NCBI GenBank assembly: GCA_035646995.1
Contig: DASROG010000569.1
Location: 1 to 30,752 of the forward strand
Direction of reading: 5' to 3'
Source: Myxococcaceae bacterium
GTDB lineage: Bacteria; Myxococcota; Myxococcia; Myxococcales; Myxococcaceae
Length of the DNA stretch: 30,752 nucleotides
The notes beneath the pieces were generated by a model. That model was not told the DNA's origin. It did no database searches and saw nothing but the letters and a program-made list of their open reading frames with translations. The position numbers and the translations under genes are program-made. Below, piece after piece: positions 1-7,897 of the stretch (positions are counted from its first letter, which is position 1; every line of letters begins with the position of its first letter).

Positions 1-570
1 CTCGAGGAGTGGGTGCGCGACCCGGGCGTCCTCCGGAGCTTCGCGAAGCACGTGAAGACCGGTGAGCCGATCCTGGCGAAGATGGTGGAGCAGCTCCGCG
101 TGGCCGAGGAGTTCGGGAAGGGCCTCGAGGTGCGGCGGCAGATGTCCCTGGCCGCCCTCAGCCTCCATCTGCACGATCGCGAGGCGCAGGGCCTGGACTC
201 CACCGCGGTCGTCGCCGAGTCGATGGAGAAGTACTGGACCTTCCCCTACGTGAAGGACACGTACCTGCAGACATCGTTCGGGCACCTGAACGGGTACAGC
301 GCGATCTACTACACGTACATGTGGTCCCTGGTCATCGCCAAGGACCTCTTCACACCCTTCGCCAGCAAGGGCGTGTTCGACCGCGAGACCGCCAACCGGT
401 ACCGCGATCGAATCCTCGCCATGGGCGGCGGAAAGCCTGCGGCGGACCTGGTGAGCGACTTCCTCGGACGGCCCTACGACTTCAAGGCCTACGAGGCCTG
501 GCTCGATCGGGGAGCGCTGCCCGGGGCCCCGAAGGGTCCGCCCCGAGCCGGCCCCGCGGCGGTGCGCTAG
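1..570 (+). CDS. M3 family (thimet oligopeptidase-like) metallopeptidase, C-terminal part; 5' end lies outside the window
   Basis: The frame is open from base 1 (LEEWVRDP...). It carries the M3A C-terminal signature FGHLNGYSAIYYTYMWS, then YRDRILAMGG and FLGRP. Stop TAG at 568-570. Confidence 0.9.
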   Translation, partial: LEEWVRDPGVLRSFAKHVKTGEPILAKMVEQLRVAEEFGKGLEVRRQMSLAALSLHLHDREAQGLDSTAVVAESMEKYWTFPYVKDTYLQTSFGHLNGYSAIYYTYMWSLVIAKDLFTPFASKGVFDRETANRYRDRILAMGGGKPAADLVSDFLGRPYDFKAYEAWLDRGALPGAPKGPPRAGPAAVR

Positions 571-573
571 CGC

Positions 574-1896
574 TCAGAGCGAGCGGAGGAAGCTGAGCAG
601 CTGCTCCTGGGACACGGGCGGCAGCGCGTCGAACGACGCCCGCGCGGCACGGGCCTCTCCCTGGTGCCGCGAGATCGCCTCCCGGAGGGTGAAGGAGAGC
701 CCGTCGTGCATCAGCCGGCTCCGCGTGCGCAGCCCCCAGAGCGGTGCGGTGCGGATCCGGTTTGCGCTCTCGGCGAACGACGCCTGCATCGCCATGAACT
801 GCGGGCCGTGGTGTTCGGGCACCGCGAGCACAATTCCATCGCCGGTGCCCACGTCGTGCATCAGGTAGTCGCTGTAGGGATGCAAGGTCCGGCTCCCGAG
901 CGCCTGGGGGACGCGGTACGCGCCATCGAACAGCGGAGTACCGGGCGGCGAGGTGGTGAGCGTGGGCGCGTGACAGACCGCGCAGCCGATGGACTCGAAG
1001 ACGGTCGAGCCGTTGCGGGCCTCCGCCGTGGCCGCCAGCCGCGCATCCCGGGGCGGAGCCTTGGTGGCGCGGATGAAGCGCGCGAACCGGTCCACGTCGG
1101 TGGCGCCGGTCTCGTCCGGACGGTCCTCCGGGTCCGGCACCGTGTCACAGAGGGAAGTCACATCCTTGGGTCGCAGTGGACTGGTGACGCCCATCTCGTT
1201 CAGGTACGCGTCCGCGGAGAACGAGAGCAGGCTCGCGTGCTCGGACTTCCACCCGAAGCGGCCCACCCACGCCCTGCTCGGTGACTCGAGCACCGGAACC
1301 AGCATCACGGTGCCACAGACCCCGAGCTCGGGCTGGCCGCACTGCCAGCGGGCGATGGCCTGGAGGAGCTCGTCCGGCACCGCCTCGACGAAGCCGTCGC
1401 CCAGGAGGCTGATCGAGATCCGGAACGCGCGGATGTTCTCCGAGTCGGGAAGGTGCTGCTGGGCGTCGTCGTCCGGGAGCTCCGCGCCGGGACAGATCGC
1501 CTTGTCGTTGATCAGCGTGCGGCCGGTGACCACCACGGTCCCGCCGGCGATGCGCACCTGGGGGAAGACGAACCTGCCCTGCGCATCCCGGTGACCGGCC
1601 CGCAGCTCGGTGACCTGGCTTCCTCCCCCTGCGACGGGGTTCTCGTGGCAGTCGCGGCACGAGTGAGCGTTGTAGAGCGGTCCGAGCCCCTCGGAGATCT
1701 CCTCCTGGGAATCGAAGGCGGCCTGATCCGCCCGGTGGGTCGCCAGGTCGACCATCCCGTTCGGGAGGCCGTCGAAGGCGGCCGGTGCGTCTCCGGAGCC
1801 CTCCGTGGGAACCGGAGCCCGGGTCGTGGCGGGGGTGTAGGGGGCGGTCGCGGTGCAGGCAGTACAGGCGAGGACCCAGCTGAGCACGCGCCACAT
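574..1896 (-). CDS. Di-heme oxidoreductase family protein (DHOR/DUF1111-like), exported or lipoprotein
   Basis: Two CxxCH motifs (CRDCH, CAVCH) and the family motifs GRFGWK, SDYLMHDVG, RTAPLWGL and MHDG. ATG at 1896 is preceded by GGAGG, so it is preferred over the ORF-track start at 1974. N-terminus is signal-like (VLSWVLAC). Confidence 0.85.
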   Translation of the reverse strand: MWRVLSWVLACTACTATAPYTPATTRAPVPTEGSGDAPAAFDGLPNGMVDLATHRADQAAFDSQEEISEGLGPLYNAHSCRDCHENPVAGGGSQVTELRAGHRDAQGRFVFPQVRIAGGTVVVTGRTLINDKAICPGAELPDDDAQQHLPDSENIRAFRISISLLGDGFVEAVPDELLQAIARWQCGQPELGVCGTVMLVPVLESPSRAWVGRFGWKSEHASLLSFSADAYLNEMGVTSPLRPKDVTSLCDTVPDPEDRPDETGATDVDRFARFIRATKAPPRDARLAATAEARNGSTVFESIGCAVCHAPTLTTSPPGTPLFDGAYRVPQALGSRTLHPYSDYLMHDVGTGDGIVLAVPEHHGPQFMAMQASFAESANRIRTAPLWGLRTRSRLMHDGLSFTLREAISRHQGEARAARASFDALPPVSQEQLLSFLRSL

Positions 1897-1992
1897 GGCG
1901 CACCTCCCTCGCGTCCGCGCTCCCCTCCCGAGACGCTGCCGGGCCCTTCTACGCCAGGGAGGACGCAGCGGCAAACGCCCGGGATGCGTGGG

Positions 1993-2466
1993 TCAACCAG
2001 GAATGACGTTCGGGGAACCCGACTTCGTTGCCGTCCACTGCACCGAGTAGGAGCAGCTGCTGGGCGCGAGCTGCTCCACCGTCACGGTCGCCTCCAGGCC
2101 GCTGACGGTGAAGCGACCGGCGATGGTGAGCCGGAAGCTCGCCGGGCTCACCACCACGGTCTTCGGGGTCGTCTGGAAGTTTCCGGCCGTATCCACCGTG
2201 CCCGAATGGCTGGTCCCTGCGTGGCTGAGCGTCAGCGACATCGCCCCCGGGGAGTGCGTCACGGTGGTCAGCGCGTCCTGCACCGCGGCGTCGGCGCAGG
2301 TGGACCCGGGCAGCAGGGCGGCGTGGGTCGGGTAGCTCCCGCCGACGGAGAGGAGATTCCCCCCGCCGCCGGCGTCGGGATTCCCACTGGATTCCTCGTT
2401 GCCACAGCCAGAGACCGCCAGTGACACGAGAAACGGCAGGAGCGACCGACGCAGGCGGGGGCGCAT
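1993..2466 (-). CDS. Hypothetical lipoprotein, predicted beta-rich
   Basis: MRPRLRR + hydrophobic stretch + lipobox VSGC, then a G/S linker and a Thr/Val/Ser-rich domain with two further Cys. The start could be 2484. Confidence 0.7.
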   Translation of the reverse strand: MRPRLRRSLLPFLVSLAVSGCGNEESSGNPDAGGGGNLLSVGGSYPTHAALLPGSTCADAAVQDALTTVTHSPGAMSLTLSHAGTSHSGTVDTAGNFQTTPKTVVVSPASFRLTIAGRFTVSGLEATVTVEQLAPSSCSYSVQWTATKSGSPNVIPG

Positions 2467-2662
2467 GGAGCTCGGGGCGAGCAACCGTCATGCCGATTCG
2501 CGACGCGCATCGAGACGGTTGGCTGCAGCGTGTGCGCGATCCGCTGCAGCGCCACAGCAAGAGCGTCGCGAGTCCGGAACGACGTTGCTGGATCCGGGAC
2601 GGGCGGCTCCTTCAGTGCTTCTCACCGCGCGCGGCGCCCCGGCACGACGCGCCCCGGTCCGT

Positions 2663-2911
2663 TCAGGCGCGCTTCTTCAGCTCGGACTGATGTTCCCGGA
2701 TGAAGGCGCGGATCTCCTCGGCCATGTCGAGCAGCTTGAGCCACTGCTCCTGGTAGAGGGTCACCGGGAAGCGACCGAGCCCATACACCGACAGCCCGCC
2801 CTTCTCGCTGACCTTCATCGAGACCGCCCCCGAGCGCCGGGCCCGGAGCGTCTCGTTCTCTGCCTTCAGTCGGTCCAGCTCTGCGCGCAGCTCGTCCTCG
2901 GCGGTGGGCAT
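2663..2911 (-). CDS. Small conserved hypothetical protein (82 aa): N-terminal coiled coil plus a KVSEKGG.SVYGLGRFPVTLY domain
   Basis: Heptad pattern ELRAELDRLKAENETLR followed by a compact, non-shadow-like sequence that I recognise as a widespread uncharacterised family. ATG at 2911. Confidence 0.8.
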   Translation of the reverse strand: MPTAEDELRAELDRLKAENETLRARRSGAVSMKVSEKGGLSVYGLGRFPVTLYQEQWLKLLDMAEEIRAFIREHQSELKKRA

Positions 2912-2999
2912 GGCGTGCAGCGTATCCGGAGGGAGGGCTCCCTGGGAGACCGGCGTCGGGAGGCGGGCAGCGCTCACCCGCTCCCCGGCACTCCGGGCC

Positions 3000-3293
3000 T
3001 CAGGGGATCGAGGCGACCACCTTGCGGAACTCGGACTCGTTGAACACCCGCAGCGTCTCGGTGCGCACGTTGCCCAGCGAGCCGAGGTTCAGCGTGAGGC
3101 GCGCCGCGGTCTCGTCGTCCGGTCCCTCGATGAGGACCACCGCGTCGTACTTCCCCAGCGCGAGGTAGAACGACTTGATCTCCGCCCCGGCGGCCTGCGC
3201 CATCTTCTTGGCCGCTTCCAGGCGTGCCGGGCTCTCCTTGATGTTGCGGATGCCCTGATCGGTGTAGCGCATCAGCGTCACGTAGGTCGGCAT
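3000..3293 (-). CDS. GYD domain-containing protein
   Basis: MPTYVTLMRYTDQG...FYLALGKYDAVVLIEGPD...GNVRTETLRVF is typical of the GYD family. RBS GAAGGAG lies upstream of ATG 3293. Confidence 0.9.
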   Translation of the reverse strand: MPTYVTLMRYTDQGIRNIKESPARLEAAKKMAQAAGAEIKSFYLALGKYDAVVLIEGPDDETAARLTLNLGSLGNVRTETLRVFNESEFRKVVASIP

Positions 3294-3457
3294 GGATCGA
3301 CTCCTTCGCGAGGCCGACGCCGGCACGCGCCAGCGCCGGTCGGGGCACAGTGGACTTCGGGCCGGCCGACCGCAAGGGAGATCCCGTCGCGCCGACCGGG
3401 CGCGCTTCGCGCAGGGGTGGATTCCGTTCCTGGCCGATCGGGTTCATTCTTGGAGCC

Positions 3458-4447
3458 ATGCGCGCGCAGGTTCTCGACCGTTCCGGGGGACCTCTCACCC
3501 TGCGTGAGGTCGACGACCCACGCTGTGGCGTGAGCCAGGTCCGGGTGGAGGTCAGCGCCTGTGGCGTCTGCCGCACCGATCTGCACGTGCTCGATGGCGA
3601 GCTTCCCCGGCCGAAGCTCCCGCTCATCCTCGGGCACCAGATCGTGGGCACGGTGGTGGAGCGCGGCGAGGGCGTGACCTCGCCGTCCGTGGGTGAGCGC
3701 GTTGGCATTCCCTGGCTCGGGTGGACGGACGGGACCTGCACGTACTGCCGTTCCGGCCGGGAGAACCTCTGCGTCGCGGCCCGATTCACCGGATACTCCC
3801 TGGACGGGGGCTACGCAGAGCAGGCGGTGGCGGACGCTCGCTTCTGCTTCCCGCTCGCGTCCGGGCTGACCGACGTGCACACGGCGCCCCTGCTCTGCGC
3901 CGGGCTGATCGGGTACCGGGCGCTCCGCCTTGCCGGCGAGGCGCGGCGGATCGGCTTCTACGGATTCGGCGCCTCGGCCCACCTCCTGGCCCAGGTGGTG
4001 GTCGCGCAGGGGATGGAGCTGTTCGCCTTCACCCGCGACGGCGACGCGCGAGGCCAGGCCTTCGCCCGTGAGCGGGGCGCGGTGTGGGCGGGAGGTTCAG
4101 GCGAGCGGCCACCGGTGCCCCTCGACGCGGCCATCGTCTTCGCCTCGGCGGGGGAGCTGGTGGTCCGGGCCCTGGAGGCGCTCGCGCCGGGAGGCACGGT
4201 GGTTTGCGCGGGGATCCACATGAGCGACATCCCGTCGTTCCCCTACGAGAAGCTCTGGGAGGAGCGGACCATCCGTTCCGTGGCGAATCTCACCCGCGAC
4301 GATGCACGGCAGTTTCTTCCCCTCGCCGCCCGGCTCGGCGTCCGCCCCGAGGTGACGGTGTTTCCGCTGGAGCAGGCCAACGAGGCGCTCCGGGCACTCC
4401 GCGAGGGGCGGTTCACCGGGGCGGCCGTCCTCACCCTCCACGGCTGA
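3458..4447 (+). CDS. Zinc-dependent alcohol dehydrogenase family protein (MDR superfamily)
   Basis: Motifs CGVCRTDLH, GHQIVG, structural-Zn DGTCTYC..GRENLC, APLLCAGLIGYRAL and GFYGFGASAH. GGAG lies before ATG 3458. Confidence 0.93.
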   Translation: MRAQVLDRSGGPLTLREVDDPRCGVSQVRVEVSACGVCRTDLHVLDGELPRPKLPLILGHQIVGTVVERGEGVTSPSVGERVGIPWLGWTDGTCTYCRSGRENLCVAARFTGYSLDGGYAEQAVADARFCFPLASGLTDVHTAPLLCAGLIGYRALRLAGEARRIGFYGFGASAHLLAQVVVAQGMELFAFTRDGDARGQAFARERGAVWAGGSGERPPVPLDAAIVFASAGELVVRALEALAPGGTVVCAGIHMSDIPSFPYEKLWEERTIRSVANLTRDDARQFLPLAARLGVRPEVTVFPLEQANEALRALREGRFTGAAVLTLHG

Positions 4448-4534
4448 GCGTTCGGCGAGGCCCGGCTCCGGAGCAGGTGGAGCTCGGCGCCGACACCGCC
4501 CCGGCGTCGACGGAGCCGTCGTCCGTGCGAGGGC

Positions 4535-7500
4535 TCAGCGGGCGAGGACGAAGGCGCAGACCGAGTCGAGCTGCAGACGGGTTCCCTCGAGCGCCTCCAC
4601 CAGCGTGCCGTGGTACGCCCGCTCCTCCTCGAGCTGGGCCTGGATCGCGGCCGGAGGCAGAGCCTGGTGTCGCAGCGCGCGCTCGAGGCGGACGAGGGAG
4701 CGGTCGCGCTCGTCCTCGAGCTTGCTCCGTGCGGCTGCCTGCATCGCCTGAAGCTGCGCGGTCGCAGCGCGCGTCGCCTCGGCCATGCCCGGGTCGACGA
4801 ACCGGGCCAGGTCCGGGAACGCCGCGCGGACCTGATCGCCCTGAAGCGAGCGCCCCTCCTCGCGGGCGAGCAGGTCGAGCAGCCGCGGCTCCAGGCCGGG
4901 CGAGCCGTCCGCTCGAGCGGTCACCGCCACCCGGATCAGGCTCTGGTCGAGCACCCGCGAGAGCTGGCGCGAGGGAACACGCGCGCCGGGGCTGGTGTCC
5001 TCCGGCTCCGGCGGGACCACGTGGAAGAGCACCTCGAGGCCACGCGCCGGCGACCCCCGATGCTGGATGCCCCGGCACCCGTTGCGGCCGTAGGGTCCGT
5101 CGCGGAGGAAGCCGAACAGCGCCTCGACGATGGCGTGACCGGTGGCGAAGAAGTCGATCTCCTCCTGCTCCACGGCCGTGTCGCGCCAGAACGTCCCCAG
5201 GACGGTGCGCTCCTCGCCCAGCTGCAGCCCGGGCAACGCCTCGACCTTGAGCGCATGTCCGAAGTGGAAGGCGCACTGAAAGGCGTCCACCTGCTCGTCG
5301 GTGTCCACGCCGATCCCCACCCGGCGCGCCAGCTCGGTGACCGTCTCCTCCAGTCGTTCGTCCAGGTCCCGGGCGATGGCCCAGAGGCCGTCCTCCAGCG
5401 AGCCCTCCCGGTCCAGCTCGAGGCCAATGCGGGCCCCGGCACGATCGACGAGGGCCTGCACCGCCTCCCGGTCGAAGCTGCGCTCGTCGAGCAGCGGGTC
5501 ATAGGCGCGGCGGATCGCCGTCCTGGCCTCGGCCACCCGCGCCGCCAGCGTGGTGCGGTAGGCGGCCCGCTCGGCGGAGGTGGCCAGCGCCAGCCCGAGG
5601 ATGCGCGGCTCGACCTCCTCCAGCACCGCGTCCAGGCCGCCCACCGTCTCGCCGAACACGCCCACCGCGTCGGCGAGAAGGGAGAGGACGTCGGAGGCGA
5701 GCGTGCCCCGGACGTCGAAGACGTGGATGTCCACCGGCTGGGTCTGGCCGATCCGGTCGAGCCGGCCGATGCGCTGCTCCATCGTCGCCGGGCTCCACGG
5801 GAGGTCGTAGTTCACGAGGTGGTGGGCGAACTGGAAGTTCCGGCCCTCTCCGCCCACCTCGGTGGAGATCAGCAGCTTCGGGCCGTCCGGATCGCGGAAG
5901 CGCGCCACCTGCCGGTCGCGATCCACCAGCGCGAGCTCGCCGTGGTAGCCCAGCGCCTCGATTCCGTCCGCAGAGAGCAGCGTCCGGAGGCTCTCCAGGG
6001 TCGCCTGCGACTCGGTGAACAGCAGGACCTTTGCGGGGGGCTCCCCCTCCCAGACGTCGGCGAGGAGCGCCCGGAGCGCCTGGTACTTCGCATCGCGCTC
6101 GGGAAGTGAGGGCGGCGAGGGAAGGACTCCGCTCGCTGCCTGGGCGAAGGCCGCCGGAGACGAGTCGAGTCGTCGCAGCAAGCCGGCGAGCGCCGCGCCC
6201 CGGACCGAGCCGGCGCGCACCGCGGCCATCACCGCGTCCCGCGCCAGCAGCTCGGCCTCGGGGGGCTCGACGACGTGTCGGTGCAACCGTCGAGGGCTGA
6301 AACCGCCCACGCGCGCACGGCGGTTCCGGACCAGCGCCTCGGAGAGGCTGTAGGTCTCGGCCAGGTGGGCGAGCAGCGCGTCGCGATCGGTCAGCATGGC
6401 GAGCTCGCGATCGTCCGGAAAGCGGGCCCGGAGAGCGCCGACGGCGGTTGCGGCCTCGGGGTCGTCTCCCTCGAGCAGGGCACGGACGGTGCGCGAGAGC
6501 GCCTCCTGCCGCTCGATGCGCGCACGGAAGGCGGCAGCGTCGGGGGCGGTCACCGGGTCGAGCAGGGCCAGGAGAGCCCGGTACTCGTCCGGGTCGAGCT
6601 GCATCGGTGTCGCGGTCAGCAGCAGGAGCCCCCAGGTGCGGGTGGCGAGCGCCTCGATGGCGGCGAACGCCTTCTCGCCCCGGAGGTGGTGCGCCTCGTC
6701 GACGATGACCAGGTCCCAGCCCGTGGCCGCCACTTCCTGGACCTCCTCCGGCGAGCGGGAGAGGAGCTCGAGGCTGGTGACCACCCGCGGGAAGCGCTCC
6801 CAGGGCGAGACGGTGGGCTCCTCGCGACGGCTGCGGGCCAGCCGTTCACCGTCCACCAGGGTGAACAGCTGCTGGAACTTGTGGAACAGCTCCGCCAGCC
6901 ACTGGACGGTGAGATGGCTGGGGGCCACCACCAGGACACGCGCGGCGAGGCCGGAGAGGCGGAGCGCGGAGAAGATCATCCCCGCCTCGATGGTCTTCCC
7001 CAGTCCCACCTCGTCGGCGAGCACGAACCGGGGCCGGCGGGCTGAGAGCACCCGCTGCACCACGCCGACCTGGTGCGGCTTGACCATCACCCGGCTGGCG
7101 AGCAGCGCCCCGAGGGCATCGTTCCGTCGCTCCTCGTCCAGCGCCAGTGCCTGCCGGCGGAGGAGGAATGCGCGCGCATCGGCCACCCGCCCCTCGCGCA
7201 GCGCGGTGAGGAGATCGGTGTCCGGCGGAGGGGCGTGGACCTCTGACTCGGGGAGCTCGTCCTCGCTCCCATCCTCGTACCGGACGACGTAGCGGCGCAG
7301 CCCGCGGCCGCCCGGCTCCTCGCCGGTGATGGTCGCCGCCCGGCCCTTGCCGGTCCGCACCCGATCCCCGGGCACGAACGGATGCGGCAGCAGCGCGTTG
7401 CCGCGGGTGGAGACCAGGGTCGGCTGCGTGCGACCGGGGAAGAGAACCTCGGCCACCGCCCCGCCCTCGAGCGTGCGGACGAGGTGGCCCACGCCCCACT

Positions 7501-7546
7501 CGGGCTGCAGGGCGTAACGAACCTTCATGCCGGGGACGAATGCCAC
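4535..7546 (-). CDS. rapA: SNF2-family helicase/ATPase, RapA (HepA)-like
   Basis: Walker A LADEVGLGKT, VDEAHH, LLLTATP, STEVGGEGRNFQ and motif VI QRIGRLDRIGQ. N-terminal Tudor-like repeats (WGVGHL...) and a RapA-like C-terminus. Start is uncertain: GTG 7546 chosen, with 7606 and ATG 7528 as alternatives. Orthology to rapA is likely but not proven. Confidence 0.85.
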   Translation of the reverse strand: MAFVPGMKVRYALQPEWGVGHLVRTLEGGAVAEVLFPGRTQPTLVSTRGNALLPHPFVPGDRVRTGKGRAATITGEEPGGRGLRRYVVRYEDGSEDELPESEVHAPPPDTDLLTALREGRVADARAFLLRRQALALDEERRNDALGALLASRVMVKPHQVGVVQRVLSARRPRFVLADEVGLGKTIEAGMIFSALRLSGLAARVLVVAPSHLTVQWLAELFHKFQQLFTLVDGERLARSRREEPTVSPWERFPRVVTSLELLSRSPEEVQEVAATGWDLVIVDEAHHLRGEKAFAAIEALATRTWGLLLLTATPMQLDPDEYRALLALLDPVTAPDAAAFRARIERQEALSRTVRALLEGDDPEAATAVGALRARFPDDRELAMLTDRDALLAHLAETYSLSEALVRNRRARVGGFSPRRLHRHVVEPPEAELLARDAVMAAVRAGSVRGAALAGLLRRLDSSPAAFAQAASGVLPSPPSLPERDAKYQALRALLADVWEGEPPAKVLLFTESQATLESLRTLLSADGIEALGYHGELALVDRDRQVARFRDPDGPKLLISTEVGGEGRNFQFAHHLVNYDLPWSPATMEQRIGRLDRIGQTQPVDIHVFDVRGTLASDVLSLLADAVGVFGETVGGLDAVLEEVEPRILGLALATSAERAAYRTTLAARVAEARTAIRRAYDPLLDERSFDREAVQALVDRAGARIGLELDREGSLEDGLWAIARDLDERLEETVTELARRVGIGVDTDEQVDAFQCAFHFGHALKVEALPGLQLGEERTVLGTFWRDTAVEQEEIDFFATGHAIVEALFGFLRDGPYGRNGCRGIQHRGSPARGLEVLFHVVPPEPEDTSPGARVPSRQLSRVLDQSLIRVAVTARADGSPGLEPRLLDLLAREEGRSLQGDQVRAAFPDLARFVDPGMAEATRAATAQLQAMQAAARSKLEDERDRSLVRLERALRHQALPPAAIQAQLEEERAYHGTLVEALEGTRLQLDSVCAFVLAR

Positions 7547-7606
7547 GTCCGGCGTTTGCTCCGCTTCGCGCGGGTGCGCAAGCGTCGCGAACGGGTCGGA
7601 AGGCAC

Positions 7607-7837
7607 GTACGACTCCGGTCCGACTTGCGCGGCGGACGGCGAACGGTGACAGCTGCTGCAGCGCTGGACGTACGCCGCCCGGCCCTCCTGCGACTCCCCG
7701 AGCGTCAGGCCGAGCTCGTTCGCTGCGAGCTCGCGCGCACGTCACCGGACGCGATCCCGACCGCGGGCCTGACCTCGAGGCAGACCTGCCGAGGGGTGGT
7801 TGCTCGACCGGCACGAGGCCGCCGGCGCCACGCCCAC
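7607..7837 (-). pseudogene. Probable decayed small c-type cytochrome (lipoprotein) gene remnant
   Basis: Manual translation gives ...GVAPAASCRSSNHPSAGLPRGQARGRDRVR*RARELAANELGLTLGESQEGRAAYVQRCSSCHRSPS. CxxCH is at 7646-7660, with the class I cytochrome c pattern G(-8)/Y(-4). There is an in-frame TGA at 7742-7744 and no intact signal peptide. Confidence 0.55.
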
Positions 7838-7897
7838 GCCGGGGGTGTGCCCGTCAGGCCGCGGTCCCGCCCGTCCTCTTCCGCCGGAACGTCTCTC

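Noticed and set aside
7742-7744. Selenocysteine or read-through TGA making an intact cytochrome c-helicase fusion
   Set aside because: The TGA is not at a plausible Cys-equivalent position, I saw no convincing SECIS, and the upstream part lacks a proper start and hydrophobic signal.
7838-7897. tmRNA or tRNA-like element suggested by GGGGGTG
   Set aside because: There is no T-arm (GGTTCGA) or CCA-type 3' end at a suitable distance.
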